64,000 bases of DNA from Microgenomates group bacterium GW2011_GWC1_46_15 (GCA_001002285.1 LCLX01000001.1:30-64029); one strand, 5' to 3'; positions 1 to 10,767 are shown, numbered from the stretch's first letter. The notes: generated by a model not told the origin, from the sequence alone. Numbers and translations are program-made.

Positions 1-110
1 TAATACTTATTTAGATTGATTAATGAAGACATTGCGGCTTATTATACCGCTTTAAGTTTACTAGCCCCTATGATATAATCCTGATATATCAATAAAAAAA
101 GAGGTTCATT

Positions 111-521
111 ATGACTCGCCTTGAAGGAACAATATCCAATTTTATTGACGTTGCAAAAAAATTAAATGATGTCCTCGATGATTTCAAACGCAATTCTCCA
201 GATAAATATGCGGAGATTCTAGATAGTTTCACTTTCCCTGTAGGTGATGGGGCATGTGGATCAGATAGGAACGCCTGGATTAATGCTATCGAGGAACTAG
301 CAACGCTTCCAATTACAGCGGGTTCTGAATTTGGTAGGATTGTAAGACATGCTGCCATTCATTACAAACTATGTCAACAGAGGCGTATTATTGGTCGAAA
401 TGTTTTTCTTACACTTATCTCTTGCTCGGAAGTACTCCATAATCACATTTGGGCAATGGCTTTCCCCAAACAAGGATCCATCGGTGGAGCGCGGGCTCGT
501 CAGTCTGAGCGTCGTACATAA
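111..521 (+). CDS. hypothetical protein
   Basis: 136-aa ORF with GAGG SD and TATAAT upstream; no recognisable motif. Confidence 0.45.
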   Translation: MTRLEGTISNFIDVAKKLNDVLDDFKRNSPDKYAEILDSFTFPVGDGACGSDRNAWINAIEELATLPITAGSEFGRIVRHAAIHYKLCQQRRIIGRNVFLTLISCSEVLHNHIWAMAFPKQGSIGGARARQSERRT

Positions 522-561
522 AGTTCGTTACATTCCCGATCCGCCGTCGACCACACCAGCA

Positions 562-2136
562 TCACTGTCTACTGCCCGTACCTTCCACCGGAGTTGCCAA
601 CACGCCGAACAACTGCAGAACTTGTTTCACGCCCTTATCCGCGGTAAGTAATGCCTCCTGCAGTGTTTTATCTCCACTATTCACCGAGTTGATCACGTTT
701 TCATAGTACTTAATCGTTTGGTCATTAATACCGTTGTCAAACGTGCGCGAAGACAAGTACCACGACTGCGCTTTTGGCGCATCCTGAATATACGCGCCCA
801 TGTACGGATCGGAGGCAATGAGATCTTTCATGTCCACGCGCGAGTAAATTTCGCCAAACAATCGTGGTGTATTTTGCGCGGACGCGTTGTGCAGTTTTTG
901 CATCACGTCTTTACTGCTCATGTACACTAACAATTTCCATGCAACATCTGCGTTCTTGCTCGTTTTTGATACGCCTTCCGCCCAGTAACTCGCAAACGCA
1001 ACGTTCGTACCTGGAAGTTGTGGTACCGGTGCAATACCAAAATCAAGGTTTGGGTTAATAGATTTTACTTCAAACGCTCTCCACGAAGGCGCGAACATCA
1101 TCGCGGATTTTTCTGTCGCAAATGCATATGTTGAGTTTGGAAGCGTTTCATCCCACACCTTGAGCGCGCGGTAAAAGTTGGTGTAGTACTTGATTGCGTC
1201 GGAGGCAAGCTGTGTGCTGGGATTCGCTGGATCGGCATTGTTTTGGAAAAGCAAAAGGGCGAGAATATCAGAAAAATTGTCCACGTTTGTGGTTGTACCA
1301 AGCGCGATGCCGGCGCGGTCAATTTTCTTTGTTGTTGTGTTGCGGACTGTTAAGTCTTTCGCAATTGTTTCGAGGTCAGCCCACGTCGTTGGCGGTGTTT
1401 TCCCAGCCGTTTGGAAAAGCGTTTTGTTGTAGTACAAACCAAGGCCGTCATACATAAGTGGAATGCCAACAACGCCATCGGGTGTTTCAAGGTCTTTTGC
1501 GGCAGCAGGGTAAAATGTTTTTTCAAAATCTTGCCGGGATATGAGTGAAGACGGGAGTACCGCAAGCGATGTTCTCAGCATTGGCGTCCATGTCGCGTGG
1601 AAGCGGAACAGGTCTGGACCCTGTCCTTTTTTGAGTGCGTCTTGCAGGCGTTCGCGGTAGTCTTTTGGAGACTGCTGTTGATACTGTACGACGACATTAT
1701 TTTGTTTTTGGAACTCACTTAATACGTCAGTCATCGCGGCAGAGGGTTCCCATAGCCCCCAGTAGGTGATCGTTTTTTGTGAACCGCCGGGGCGGGCAAC
1801 GTCGCCGCCTGTTTGCGTATCTGATCCGGCCGGCGGAGTGGTTGAAAGGCTCGGTCCGTTTTGCTTTAACCCGCCAATGACGCGCGAAACAATAAAGAAA
1901 ATGATGCCGAAAACAACAAGACCTCCCAAAATAAATGGTAAAAATCGGAATGGTGATTTTTGAATATGGCTTGGATCTGCCGTCGCCACCGTTGCTCCTA
2001 CTTGAGAGAAAGACGGGTTTTCTGCAACCGATGGCTGTGTGGAAAACTGTGGAGTTTGTGATTGTGGTTGCGGTTGCCCCTGTGGTTGCGCTGGTAAAGA
2101 CTGCGGTGATTGAAACACTGATGTTGGATCGGGCAT
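562..2136 (-). CDS. membrane-anchored extracellular solute-binding protein, family 1 (sugar ABC type)
   Basis: Pro/Gln-rich N-terminus, one TM helix, then TITYWGLWE, GQGPDLF, GIPLMYDGLGLYYNK and FGIAPVPQLP motifs. Confidence 0.85.
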   Translation of the reverse strand: MPDPTSVFQSPQSLPAQPQGQPQPQSQTPQFSTQPSVAENPSFSQVGATVATADPSHIQKSPFRFLPFILGGLVVFGIIFFIVSRVIGGLKQNGPSLSTTPPAGSDTQTGGDVARPGGSQKTITYWGLWEPSAAMTDVLSEFQKQNNVVVQYQQQSPKDYRERLQDALKKGQGPDLFRFHATWTPMLRTSLAVLPSSLISRQDFEKTFYPAAAKDLETPDGVVGIPLMYDGLGLYYNKTLFQTAGKTPPTTWADLETIAKDLTVRNTTTKKIDRAGIALGTTTNVDNFSDILALLLFQNNADPANPSTQLASDAIKYYTNFYRALKVWDETLPNSTYAFATEKSAMMFAPSWRAFEVKSINPNLDFGIAPVPQLPGTNVAFASYWAEGVSKTSKNADVAWKLLVYMSSKDVMQKLHNASAQNTPRLFGEIYSRVDMKDLIASDPYMGAYIQDAPKAQSWYLSSRTFDNGINDQTIKYYENVINSVNSGDKTLQEALLTADKGVKQVLQLFGVLATPVEGTGSRQ

Positions 2137-2165
2137 GATGATTCCTCTATACTACAATACAACAC

Positions 2166-3965
2166 ATGAGAAAGTTCCCACAAGGGAGCAAGCGGAAAAG
2201 CGGACGATACCAATCACTTCGCCGTACCACGCTCCATATTTTTCTCGGCTTTATTACTGCACTCTGCATTTTTCTCGTGTGGGTGTTCGCTATTTTTCGA
2301 AGCACTCCTTACATTTTACCCGGAGTGTCCGTAAACGGCGTTGAGGTTGGCGGAGAAACAAAAGAGCGCGCGGTTGAAATGGTCCGCGTGGCCATTCAGC
2401 ATAATCAGCAAAAACTCCCTGATATTGCGTTTACCATCGAACGCTCCACCTTTGCAACGCCGTCCGCAAGTCTGGGTATGCGACAAGACGTTGAGTATGC
2501 CGTAGATCAAGCATTTTCTGTTGGCCGGTCTTTTTCTCTGTTCAAAAACGTCATTGATATTACCGATGCGTACCGGCACGGGCGCGCCATTTTTGCGCCA
2601 TATGTGTTTGATGGCCAACGCATACGTAGCTGGACCGCGATGGTCGCAAAAGAAGTTGATGTTCCCGGGACAGAACCGTCTCTTGTGTTGCGCGTTTCTG
2701 GAAATCCTTCCACTCTTTCTGTGATTCCTGGAAAAGAACGGCGCGTGGTAGACACAACCGCGCTTGTTGAAACATTAAGCCAGCGTTTTCAAGAACCTCC
2801 CCCCCATATTGCACTACCTATTGTTGTTCGCCCGGCACTTACCCCGGACGAGAGTATTACTATTCAAAACCGGGCAAAAAACTTTGTCGGCAAATCCATT
2901 GTTGTTCGTATTGATTCATTTTCAACCACACTCAAAGACAAGGCATTGATTGATGTGCTTGCGCTCCCCACTGGGTTTCAGAAAGACCACATCCTTACGT
3001 TGGCAGAACGATGGAAAAAAAGTGTTGAGCGCCCCGCGCAGGAACCTAAGTTCGTATACGATGGGAAAAAAGTTACGACGTTTGATCCTCCCATATATGG
3101 ACGAACTATTTCTATTGATGAGACTGTTCGTAGTTTTACCGACGCGATGCATGCTATTGAGTACTCGAAGCTCGGTCAAGAAAACGAGCGCTTCATCGAA
3201 ATTTCTGTTGAAAAAACATATCCAAAAACGTCGCTCAAGTCATTGAATACGCTCGGCATTAACGAGCAAATTGGATATGGCGACTCGTTGTTTTATCACT
3301 CTATTCCAACGCGTGTTCACAATGTTGTACTCACCGCGCAACGCATTGATCTTTCGCTCGTTGCGCCAGGAGAAACGTTCAGCTTTAACGCGCATCTTGG
3401 CGACGTTTCTGGAAAAACAGGGTTCCAGCAAGCGTATGTTATTCAGGAGGGCCGCACGGTGTTGGGTGATGGCGGCGGGGTGTGTCAAGTTTCCACAACC
3501 GTGTTCCGCGCTGTACTGGATGCTGGTTTACCGATTGTTGAGCGACACGGACATAGTTATCGTGTTGGATATTACGAGCAAAACTCCGCGCCCGGATTTG
3601 ATGCAACAGTGTTTGCGCCATCGGTTGATTTTAAGTTTAAAAATGACACGCCTGCGTATATTTTGGTCCATACCGTTCCCGATGCGAAAAATTTAAGCTT
3701 ACAAATCGAGCTGTGGGGAACAAAAGATGGGCGGACTGTTGAAATTTCTGAACAAAAAGTGTGGGATAACGTGCCGCCACGGTCAACAATATATCAGGAC
3801 GATCCGTCATTACCGCCCGGAGTATTAAAGCAAGTTGATTGGTCGGCGCCGGGGGCAAAAGCATCGTTCAAGTATGTGGTAAAGCGAGATGGTGAAGTGT
3901 TACAGGACCGCGTGTTTAAGACGGTGTATCAACCGTGGGCGGCGGTGTATTTGAGAGGGATTTAA
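2166..3965 (+). CDS. VanW family protein with N-terminal TM and PG-binding-4-like region
   Basis: PGETFSFN, GGGVCQVSTTVFRA, HSYRVGYYE and DFKFKNDT VanW motifs. Confidence 0.88.
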   Translation: MRKFPQGSKRKSGRYQSLRRTTLHIFLGFITALCIFLVWVFAIFRSTPYILPGVSVNGVEVGGETKERAVEMVRVAIQHNQQKLPDIAFTIERSTFATPSASLGMRQDVEYAVDQAFSVGRSFSLFKNVIDITDAYRHGRAIFAPYVFDGQRIRSWTAMVAKEVDVPGTEPSLVLRVSGNPSTLSVIPGKERRVVDTTALVETLSQRFQEPPPHIALPIVVRPALTPDESITIQNRAKNFVGKSIVVRIDSFSTTLKDKALIDVLALPTGFQKDHILTLAERWKKSVERPAQEPKFVYDGKKVTTFDPPIYGRTISIDETVRSFTDAMHAIEYSKLGQENERFIEISVEKTYPKTSLKSLNTLGINEQIGYGDSLFYHSIPTRVHNVVLTAQRIDLSLVAPGETFSFNAHLGDVSGKTGFQQAYVIQEGRTVLGDGGGVCQVSTTVFRAVLDAGLPIVERHGHSYRVGYYEQNSAPGFDATVFAPSVDFKFKNDTPAYILVHTVPDAKNLSLQIELWGTKDGRTVEISEQKVWDNVPPRSTIYQDDPSLPPGVLKQVDWSAPGAKASFKYVVKRDGEVLQDRVFKTVYQPWAAVYLRGI

Positions 3966-3977
3966 AAAAATATCAAT

Positions 3978-4277
3978 CTACTGATGTTGCGTAAGCCCTC
4001 GAATCTTTGCCTCAATAAGTTCTTTTATCCCTTTTTTGAGTTCGGAAATATTCCCCGCTTCTGTAAGTCCCTGAGCGGTGCTCAGCATAACTTTGCCATC
4101 AGCGTAAAGCATTACCGTTAAACCACGTAACTGGGCAGACACATATTTGGTGGGGTCACAAAAAATTGCAACATCTTGGGGTTGCGTGTCAAAACCTTGT
4201 GCAAGAAGGGGTACAAATTCTTTTCTTACATAGGCTTCCATCTGGCCAACAGAAAGCATTTTTATATCTTCTACCAA
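3978..4277 (-). CDS. hypothetical protein
   Basis: 99-aa ORF filling the gap, GAGG upstream. Confidence 0.4.
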   Translation of the reverse strand: MVEDIKMLSVGQMEAYVRKEFVPLLAQGFDTQPQDVAIFCDPTKYVSAQLRGLTVMLYADGKVMLSTAQGLTEAGNISELKKGIKELIEAKIRGLTQHQ

Positions 4278-4420
4278 TCCTCATGTAACATACCCATCGA
4301 TGTCTACCAACTGAAGTCCCATATTTCCTCCTTTGTCCTTTGTACAGTCCCCGCAATTGTATCGTTTTTTTACCTCAAGTCAAACTTCCCATTTCCCTTT
4401 CCTTCGAGTACAATCGGGCC

Positions 4421-6700
4421 ATGGACACAGCCTTTATTCCCAAAGATCATGAGTCATCAATGTACGCGTTGTGGGAACAAAACAACGCGTTTCAGCCTGA
4501 CCTCAAAAGTACAAAAAAACCGTTTTCTATTCTCCTTCCTCCGCCAAATGCTAACGCGTCGTTACACGCCGGTCACGCAATGTACGTGATTGAAGACATT
4601 TTAGTCCGGTGGAAACGCATGCAGGGTTACCCCACTGTGTGGATTCCCGGCACCGACCACGCGGGATACGAAACACAGTATGTGTATGAAAAACAGCTCT
4701 CGAAACAGGGAAAATCACGGTTCGAGTTTGACCGGCAAACACTGTATGACGATGTTGCGGCATTTGTGAAACAAAACTCCGGCCTCATTGAGGAACAGCT
4801 CAAAGTTCTTGGATTTTCGCTTGATTGGTCGCGTAAAACATTCATGCTTGATGAAAAAGTCATCCGCATTGTGTACTCCACGTTTGAAAAATTAGTGAAA
4901 GACGGCTTAGTGTACCGCGACAACTACATCGTGAACTTTTGCCCAAAGTGTGGCACGACGTTTGCTGATCTGGAAGTCAACCATATTGAGCGCAAAGATC
5001 CGCTGTACTACATCAAGTACGGCCCGTTTACAATCGCAACGGTGCGGCCAGAAACAAAGTTTCGCGATGTTGCATTAGCGGCACATCCAAAAGACCCCCG
5101 GTATAAAAAGTGGATCGGGAAAAAAGTTGAAGTGCTTGGGTTGCTTGGCCCTGTGAGCATGACTGTGTTGGCCGATGAAGGCGTTGATCCAAAGTTTGGC
5201 ACCGGCATCATGAAGGTGACCCCCGCGCACGATCCGCATGATTTTGCATTAGGAAAAAAACACAACCTTCCTGTTGATTCTATTATTGATACCCGCGGCC
5301 GCATGGACTTCTCGTGGTACTTGAATACACATAACGAAAAAAATACCGAGGTTAAATATCTTGACCGCGCGAAAAAATATCATGGAAAATCGGTCAAAGA
5401 CATGCGCGTACTTATGCTCGAGGATCTCAAGCAAGATGGCATTTTAGAAAAAATTGATGAGAACTACACACATAGTGTCGCGGTGTGTTACAAGTCCGAC
5501 CATGACATTGAACCGCTCGTGCTCCCCAACTGGTTTATCCGCATGAAACCATTAGCTGAGCCCGCGATGAAAGCAGCAAAAGAAGGCCTCGTAACATTCG
5601 TGCCAAAGCGGTTTGAAAAGCAGTACTACCAATGGTTGGAAAAGTTCATTGATTGGCCAATTTCCCGTCAGATTGTGTGGGGCATCCGCATTCCCGTGTG
5701 GTACTCCGTCAAAGAAAATCCTGATCTTGAGGTAACGTTTTTAAATGCAAAACATGAACGTGTGATTGGAAAAGTATCTGAGCTCCTTGCGCAACACAAC
5801 ACAATGCAAGAAATCACTGATGGGCTCCAGCAGCTTCGCGCTTCAGCCAACGCTAAATTTGTCGTGAGCGATAAAAAACCCGGCGAAGAGTACTTGCCGG
5901 AAACCGACACATTTGACACGTGGTTTAGTTCGGGCCAATGGCCGCTCACAACGCTCGACTATCCAAATGGTAAAGATTTTAAAACATTCTACCCAACAAG
6001 CGTGCTCGACACGATGTGGGATATTTTGTTTTTCTGGGTTGCCCGCATGATCATGTTTGGGTTGTACATGACCGGCGAAGTTCCGTTCAAAACGGTGTAC
6101 CTCCACTCGATGGTTACTGATGAAAAAGGCCAAAAAATGAGTAAATCAAAAGGCAACGTCATTAATCCTATTGAAATCGTGAACGAGTTTGGCGCGGACG
6201 CTTTGCGTATTTCGTTGGTTGCTGGATCAACGCCGGGAAATCCCATCGCGTTGAGCAAGGAAAAAGTAAAAGGCTACCGGAACTTTGGAAACAAATTGTG
6301 GAATATCGGCCGATATATTCTGTTGCAACACGAGGCTGGAACAAAAATTATTGCGCTACCCAAAAAACTAGATAAAGAACACGCGACCATACTCAAAAGT
6401 CTGAGCTCAACAGTAAAGTACATCACTTCCGCACTTGAGAAGTACCGCTTCTCCGATGCCGCGCTTCGCCTTCACGGATTTGTGTGGGATGAGTGTGCAA
6501 ATACGTATCTTGAAAAAACAAAAAGCAATACAGATGGCGGTGAAACATTCACGACACTCGTACGCGTATTCACAACATCTCTTAAACTTCTTCATCCATT
6601 CATGCCGTTTGTTACGGAATCCATTTGGCAGGAATTTTCTAAAACACACCTTGTTGATGAACCATTACTCATGACCGCAGAATGGCCCAAATCAGTCTGA
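4421..6700 (+). CDS. valS: valine--tRNA ligase (short form)
   Basis: PPPNANASLHAGH (HIGH-like), GTDHAG, DWPISRQIVWG, DTWFSS, KMSKS; ATG at 4421 follows TACAAT. Confidence 0.95.
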   Translation: MDTAFIPKDHESSMYALWEQNNAFQPDLKSTKKPFSILLPPPNANASLHAGHAMYVIEDILVRWKRMQGYPTVWIPGTDHAGYETQYVYEKQLSKQGKSRFEFDRQTLYDDVAAFVKQNSGLIEEQLKVLGFSLDWSRKTFMLDEKVIRIVYSTFEKLVKDGLVYRDNYIVNFCPKCGTTFADLEVNHIERKDPLYYIKYGPFTIATVRPETKFRDVALAAHPKDPRYKKWIGKKVEVLGLLGPVSMTVLADEGVDPKFGTGIMKVTPAHDPHDFALGKKHNLPVDSIIDTRGRMDFSWYLNTHNEKNTEVKYLDRAKKYHGKSVKDMRVLMLEDLKQDGILEKIDENYTHSVAVCYKSDHDIEPLVLPNWFIRMKPLAEPAMKAAKEGLVTFVPKRFEKQYYQWLEKFIDWPISRQIVWGIRIPVWYSVKENPDLEVTFLNAKHERVIGKVSELLAQHNTMQEITDGLQQLRASANAKFVVSDKKPGEEYLPETDTFDTWFSSGQWPLTTLDYPNGKDFKTFYPTSVLDTMWDILFFWVARMIMFGLYMTGEVPFKTVYLHSMVTDEKGQKMSKSKGNVINPIEIVNEFGADALRISLVAGSTPGNPIALSKEKVKGYRNFGNKLWNIGRYILLQHEAGTKIIALPKKLDKEHATILKSLSSTVKYITSALEKYRFSDAALRLHGFVWDECANTYLEKTKSNTDGGETFTTLVRVFTTSLKLLHPFMPFVTESIWQEFSKTHLVDEPLLMTAEWPKSV

Positions 6701-6712
6701 TATGATAACTCA

Positions 6713-7216
6713 ATGAGGGATTCACTTATTTTCGCTCTCGCGTATCTCAAATACGGCATTGATACTGTCGCACGTACGCCGTCTTATATTGTCCTGTGTG
6801 TATTTATTACGATCACACTGATTGCAACAGCGTTTCGATGGGACTCGGCAATACTGAAAACACATCCACTCATGGGAACTACTTCCCCATCAGCATATCT
6901 CAACGCTATTCATTTTCTTGTTTCGTCATATGGAGACCGACAGGCTGCGGAAGTTTTGGCGAAACAGATACGTGATACAAAAGAACTTGATGGCGCGCTC
7001 CATCCCGAAAACCGTATTAAAAATCTAGAAACATTTTGGCAATCGGTGGCCACTCAACAAGCAAATGCGCGTGAAGCGTTGTTTGCGTTGGCAATCATAC
7101 ACGTTCAACTCTATGAAGATGCTCAAGCAAAGGAGTCCGCACAACATGCGATGCTCGTCGAGCCAAACGATCCACGGAGAAATCAAGTACTTCGGGAAAT
7201 ACTGCAGAAAAATTAA
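6713..7216 (+). CDS. membrane-anchored TPR-like hypothetical protein
   Basis: N-terminal TM; C-terminal helical repeat-like segment ending AMLVEPND. Confidence 0.55.
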   Translation: MRDSLIFALAYLKYGIDTVARTPSYIVLCVFITITLIATAFRWDSAILKTHPLMGTTSPSAYLNAIHFLVSSYGDRQAAEVLAKQIRDTKELDGALHPENRIKNLETFWQSVATQQANAREALFALAIIHVQLYEDAQAKESAQHAMLVEPNDPRRNQVLREILQKN

Positions 7217-7962
7217 CCCTTTTTCTCTTCTTTTTTCTCGGGAGCTGCTGGTTTTATTGCTGGTTTTGCCGCCACTTTACCGGCTGGCTGTTTCGCACCA
7301 GCGCCAGCCTCAGCTGCCACTTCGCCTTCTTCGCCCTCTTTCTTCGCGCCTTGTACCGTTGTTTCAGTTTCAACTGGCTCAACAACCACTGGTTCCTCTT
7401 CTTTCTTTGGCTCTTGAATCAGCACAAGCACTTCTTCTGGAGGAAGCTTCACTTCAATTTTTGCGCGGTCAAACTGGAGATCAGAAACTTTATATTCCTT
7501 CCCAATTTCCGTAAGCCCACTAATATCAAACACAAACTTTTCTGGAAGATCGGATGGCAACGCCTCAACCTCAATCTCGTCGTGGAGCGCGAGCAAAACG
7601 CCACCAGCTTTCACCGCGACAGACTCTCCGATGAGCTCGAGCGGAACTTTTGCAGTCACTTTTTCTTTCAAGTCAACTTGCTGAAGATCAACGTGAAGCA
7701 GTTTTCCGGAAAGCGGGTGATATGCGATGTTGGTAACAAGTACGGGGCGAGGCGTTGTTTCGCCTTCAATAGTGAGTTCAATAAGACCCGTTTCTCCGGC
7801 AGCCGCAAATGTTTTTGTAAATGCAATTTCGTCGAGTTCAATCGAAACCGAGGCGGTGTTGCCGAACACATTCGCCGGAAGCTTGCGCTGCGCGCGGAGT
7901 TGTTTTACCTTTTTTCCAAGAAGCGTGCGCTTCTTTGCTTGAAGGATGTGTTTCTGTTTCAT
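7213..7962 (-). CDS. rplY: 50S ribosomal protein L25 (CTC form)
   Basis: LRAQRKLPANVFG, HPLSGKLLHVDL, VEALPSDLPE, acidic/Ala tail. Confidence 0.95.
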   Translation of the reverse strand: MKQKHILQAKKRTLLGKKVKQLRAQRKLPANVFGNTASVSIELDEIAFTKTFAAAGETGLIELTIEGETTPRPVLVTNIAYHPLSGKLLHVDLQQVDLKEKVTAKVPLELIGESVAVKAGGVLLALHDEIEVEALPSDLPEKFVFDISGLTEIGKEYKVSDLQFDRAKIEVKLPPEEVLVLIQEPKKEEEPVVVEPVETETTVQGAKKEGEEGEVAAEAGAGAKQPAGKVAAKPAIKPAAPEKKEEKKG

Positions 7963-7980
7963 AAGATGCTGATTCTATCA

Positions 7981-10620
7981 TCACTCTCGAGCAACTTCAA
8001 CAGCCATGTACTGGTGCGTGTCCATCGCGGTATCAAACTGAATAATGTTCCCTACCACCGCACCTTCCGGCGCAACAACCACCGCTTGCAGTGGTTTCTG
8101 CACTTGCAGAGAAAGCGAGGCGGGATAGGCATCGCTTCCGGGCTGACGTTGGAGAAAGAGCGCGTATGACGTAATTTTGGACGTAGTAAGTTGCGTGGTG
8201 TAACTCACCGTCACCGTCGTGGTCTTCCCCACCGGAATATCCAGAGGAAATCCAATAACACGCTTTCCAAACTCACTGTCCTGCGTAATGGCCGAAGCAG
8301 AAAGCGGTTTTTGGTCAATCACGATATTTGTGAGCTGAGTAAAATCAGGAACATACAGGCGGATGTAATCTCTATACGGGCCCGCCGGCCAAGCCGACGA
8401 CGGCGCGCCATTGGTAAACCGCATCGTGTGCGTATGAATCGCAGCATTTTCCGTCAAGATGACGGAGTGGTTCATAGACCGTTTTACATAAAAATTCGCA
8501 CGGTTTACCCCGACATTGGTGTCTACATGAAAAACCGTATCAACAAAGCATGGATACTGCGCAAACTGCGGCGGGCACGGCGGAGTTGCCACTGCCCCAC
8601 TCCACCCAAGCAGGGCAAACGTTTGTTGAATGTCGCTATCGTTTACCGCAAGTAATGTGTCGCTCGTTTCTAGTGTTTTTAAAAGCGCCGTTCCAAGTTT
8701 TTCCGCAGGCTCAACATCGCGCACTACCTGCACCGCTGAAAAAATTGTGCTGGAAAGCGCGGTTAAGTACTCCCGCTTTTTTGTGCCCGTGAGCGAAAGA
8801 GACAACTCACTTCTGTTCTGCAGGCGTTCAAAAATGTTCTCAACAGAAACCGACTCGTTATCATAGTCCGCGACACGAACCGGCCTAATCGCCCGGAGTA
8901 TTTCTTGTAGCGTATTCGCGTTAATTCCGATTACCCCGTCTATCTTTACCCCCAGTTCTTTCTCGATAAACCATAGTGATTGGCGCGCGGTTTTTGGAAA
9001 GTCCGGACTCCAGTTGCTGTCGCGGAAGTACCACTGTTTTTCTGAAAGATATTTTTGCAAGTCGGCCGGCGGCTCAACTTTGCCATTAAGCAGGGTGTCG
9101 GCGGCATACGAATCTTGGACTTGAACGTCCAACAACTTTCCTTTGTCAAACGTAACAAGTGCAAAACTGCCGATAAATCCGCCCGTTGGGCGTAGTTCCA
9201 GCGGGTTTTGAATTAACACAAGGTATGTTTTTTTCTGTTGAGTTCCGAACATCTGCGCGACCGCAGGGAGCGCATGATCAATCGAAATGGTGTCTTTCCG
9301 CAACTCCATGAGCTTTTTCTGCAGCGCCTGATATGTTTTATCATCCTCAAAAAGTGTGTTTTGTTTTGCGCGTGAAAGTTCAGCAGAAAACTGCGCAAGT
9401 TGCTTCTCGACGTACTCCGTGTCGCTCTGCACTTGGTTTACGTGTGCAAATGGCTGTTCATTCCCAGATGACACTACTTGAATAAATATATTCGCAAGCG
9501 ATTGAGAGAGTTGCGCGCTCGACTGCATCGCCGCCGCCCCCTTCTCTAAGATTTGAATAAGTTGTTCTGTGTCTTCAACAACATCTTCTTTTCCAAAAAG
9601 TGAGTACAATGGGGTAACGACTGGCCGCACTACCTGAAATACGATAGCCCTTCTTTGCAAAGCAGATGTTTCTTTTTTGATACTTCCCTGAGTAAGGGCG
9701 TCGGAAAACAGGACCGCCTGCGTTCCTCGAAGCGACGCCTGAATCCCCTTTTTAATGTACTCAAAAAGCAGCGTTACGCTTAAAAGAAATATTCCCGCTA
9801 TGGTGAGTGAAAAAAGAATAATTTTTGCTTCTTTATTGAGGTAACGAAATAATGGTTTATGCCTAGTGGCCTGGTCTGAGCGGCGCTGTGGTGAGCTTGG
9901 TTGTGGGGACATAGACGGCGCAGGCGCTTGGCGGTTCTTCTGAAACAGTGCAAATAGTACGCGCTCTTTTTCGTGCTCTTCGTGATCGCTTTCAGATTGA
10001 GATTGGGGCTGAACTTGCGGCGCCGTTTTTATTTTTATCTGCGGGACTTGCCGACGCACCGTCCCCCGGACTTCAAACTCTGTTGGAAGGTGCGAAAAAA
10101 GCGAGTACGTCTTGGAAACTGGAATAACAATCTTTTTTTTCTGCGCAGCTTCATCGCGCGCTTCTTGGCCAGTTTTTGTTGTGATCCGAACCTCTCCCCT
10201 CTTTTTTCTCCCATTCAAGATTTGATCAAGTACTGTGCGGATATTTTCAGGACTTACTTCAAACACATCCACAATCATGACAAGCGACTGCTTTGCTATT
10301 TTTTTTATCTCTTCCTGGCTAGACTCAAAAACGTTCTCTGAAATAAGGAGAAAACATGGGCTCCCCCACTCTTTTCCTTTTTGTATTGCGAGCGCAAGTG
10401 TCTCGGCAGTCCCTTTCCCCCATCGGTCAGCGGAAAAAACCACCGCGTATGGCGTTCCCTTGGGAGGAAACCGGGAAAATTCGTGCGCGAATCTCCCCTC
10501 GTACTCTGGATTTTGTATTCCAACGTGGCGTACAAGCGTTTCCACAAACACGCTCTTCTCACCGAAAAAGATAACGGGGATACTCTCCTGAAGTGTTTCT
10601 GTAATAAAGCGTCGTGGCAT
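7981..10620 (-). CDS. DUF4012-domain membrane protein
   Basis: TYLVLIQNPLELRPTGGFIGS, FRDSNWSPDFP and IDGVIGIN motifs; central TM. Confidence 0.8.
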   Translation of the reverse strand: MPRRFITETLQESIPVIFFGEKSVFVETLVRHVGIQNPEYEGRFAHEFSRFPPKGTPYAVVFSADRWGKGTAETLALAIQKGKEWGSPCFLLISENVFESSQEEIKKIAKQSLVMIVDVFEVSPENIRTVLDQILNGRKKRGEVRITTKTGQEARDEAAQKKKIVIPVSKTYSLFSHLPTEFEVRGTVRRQVPQIKIKTAPQVQPQSQSESDHEEHEKERVLFALFQKNRQAPAPSMSPQPSSPQRRSDQATRHKPLFRYLNKEAKIILFSLTIAGIFLLSVTLLFEYIKKGIQASLRGTQAVLFSDALTQGSIKKETSALQRRAIVFQVVRPVVTPLYSLFGKEDVVEDTEQLIQILEKGAAAMQSSAQLSQSLANIFIQVVSSGNEQPFAHVNQVQSDTEYVEKQLAQFSAELSRAKQNTLFEDDKTYQALQKKLMELRKDTISIDHALPAVAQMFGTQQKKTYLVLIQNPLELRPTGGFIGSFALVTFDKGKLLDVQVQDSYAADTLLNGKVEPPADLQKYLSEKQWYFRDSNWSPDFPKTARQSLWFIEKELGVKIDGVIGINANTLQEILRAIRPVRVADYDNESVSVENIFERLQNRSELSLSLTGTKKREYLTALSSTIFSAVQVVRDVEPAEKLGTALLKTLETSDTLLAVNDSDIQQTFALLGWSGAVATPPCPPQFAQYPCFVDTVFHVDTNVGVNRANFYVKRSMNHSVILTENAAIHTHTMRFTNGAPSSAWPAGPYRDYIRLYVPDFTQLTNIVIDQKPLSASAITQDSEFGKRVIGFPLDIPVGKTTTVTVSYTTQLTTSKITSYALFLQRQPGSDAYPASLSLQVQKPLQAVVVAPEGAVVGNIIQFDTAMDTHQYMAVEVARE

Positions 10621-10651
10621 GGCGGGCAGTCCTCTCCCCCTATCCTACTTC

Positions 10652-10767
10652 ACCCTGACATTGGGTTCAAGATTAACGCCTGGAACGCTTCCCTTCATGA
10701 AGATTCTTTAAAAATTCCAACATAACGACGTTGAGTTTTCACGTTTTTGCTTTACCCATGTTTTGAG
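10652..10767 (-). ncRNA. candidate structured ncRNA (6S-like long irregular hairpin)
   Basis: Minus-strand TAGAAT at 10779-10774; nested pairings ACAUGGGU/ACCCAAUGU, two AACGU/GCGUU and UUAUG/CAUGA; CUUGAACC motif. Confidence 0.35.

Noticed and set aside
2166-3965. VanW as evidence of vancomycin resistance
   Set aside because: No vanHAX/vanRS nearby; VanW-domain proteins are widespread cell-envelope proteins
7351-8169. 272-aa plus-strand ORF and similar long shadow ORFs (23466-24203, 33015-33560, 37501-38016)
   Set aside because: Antisense to well-supported genes and without motifs
10640-10680. SRP RNA, suggested by GAACC..ATGTCAGG on the minus strand
   Set aside because: Lacks the GNRA loop and AGCAG of SRP helix 8; kept only as a 6S-like candidate
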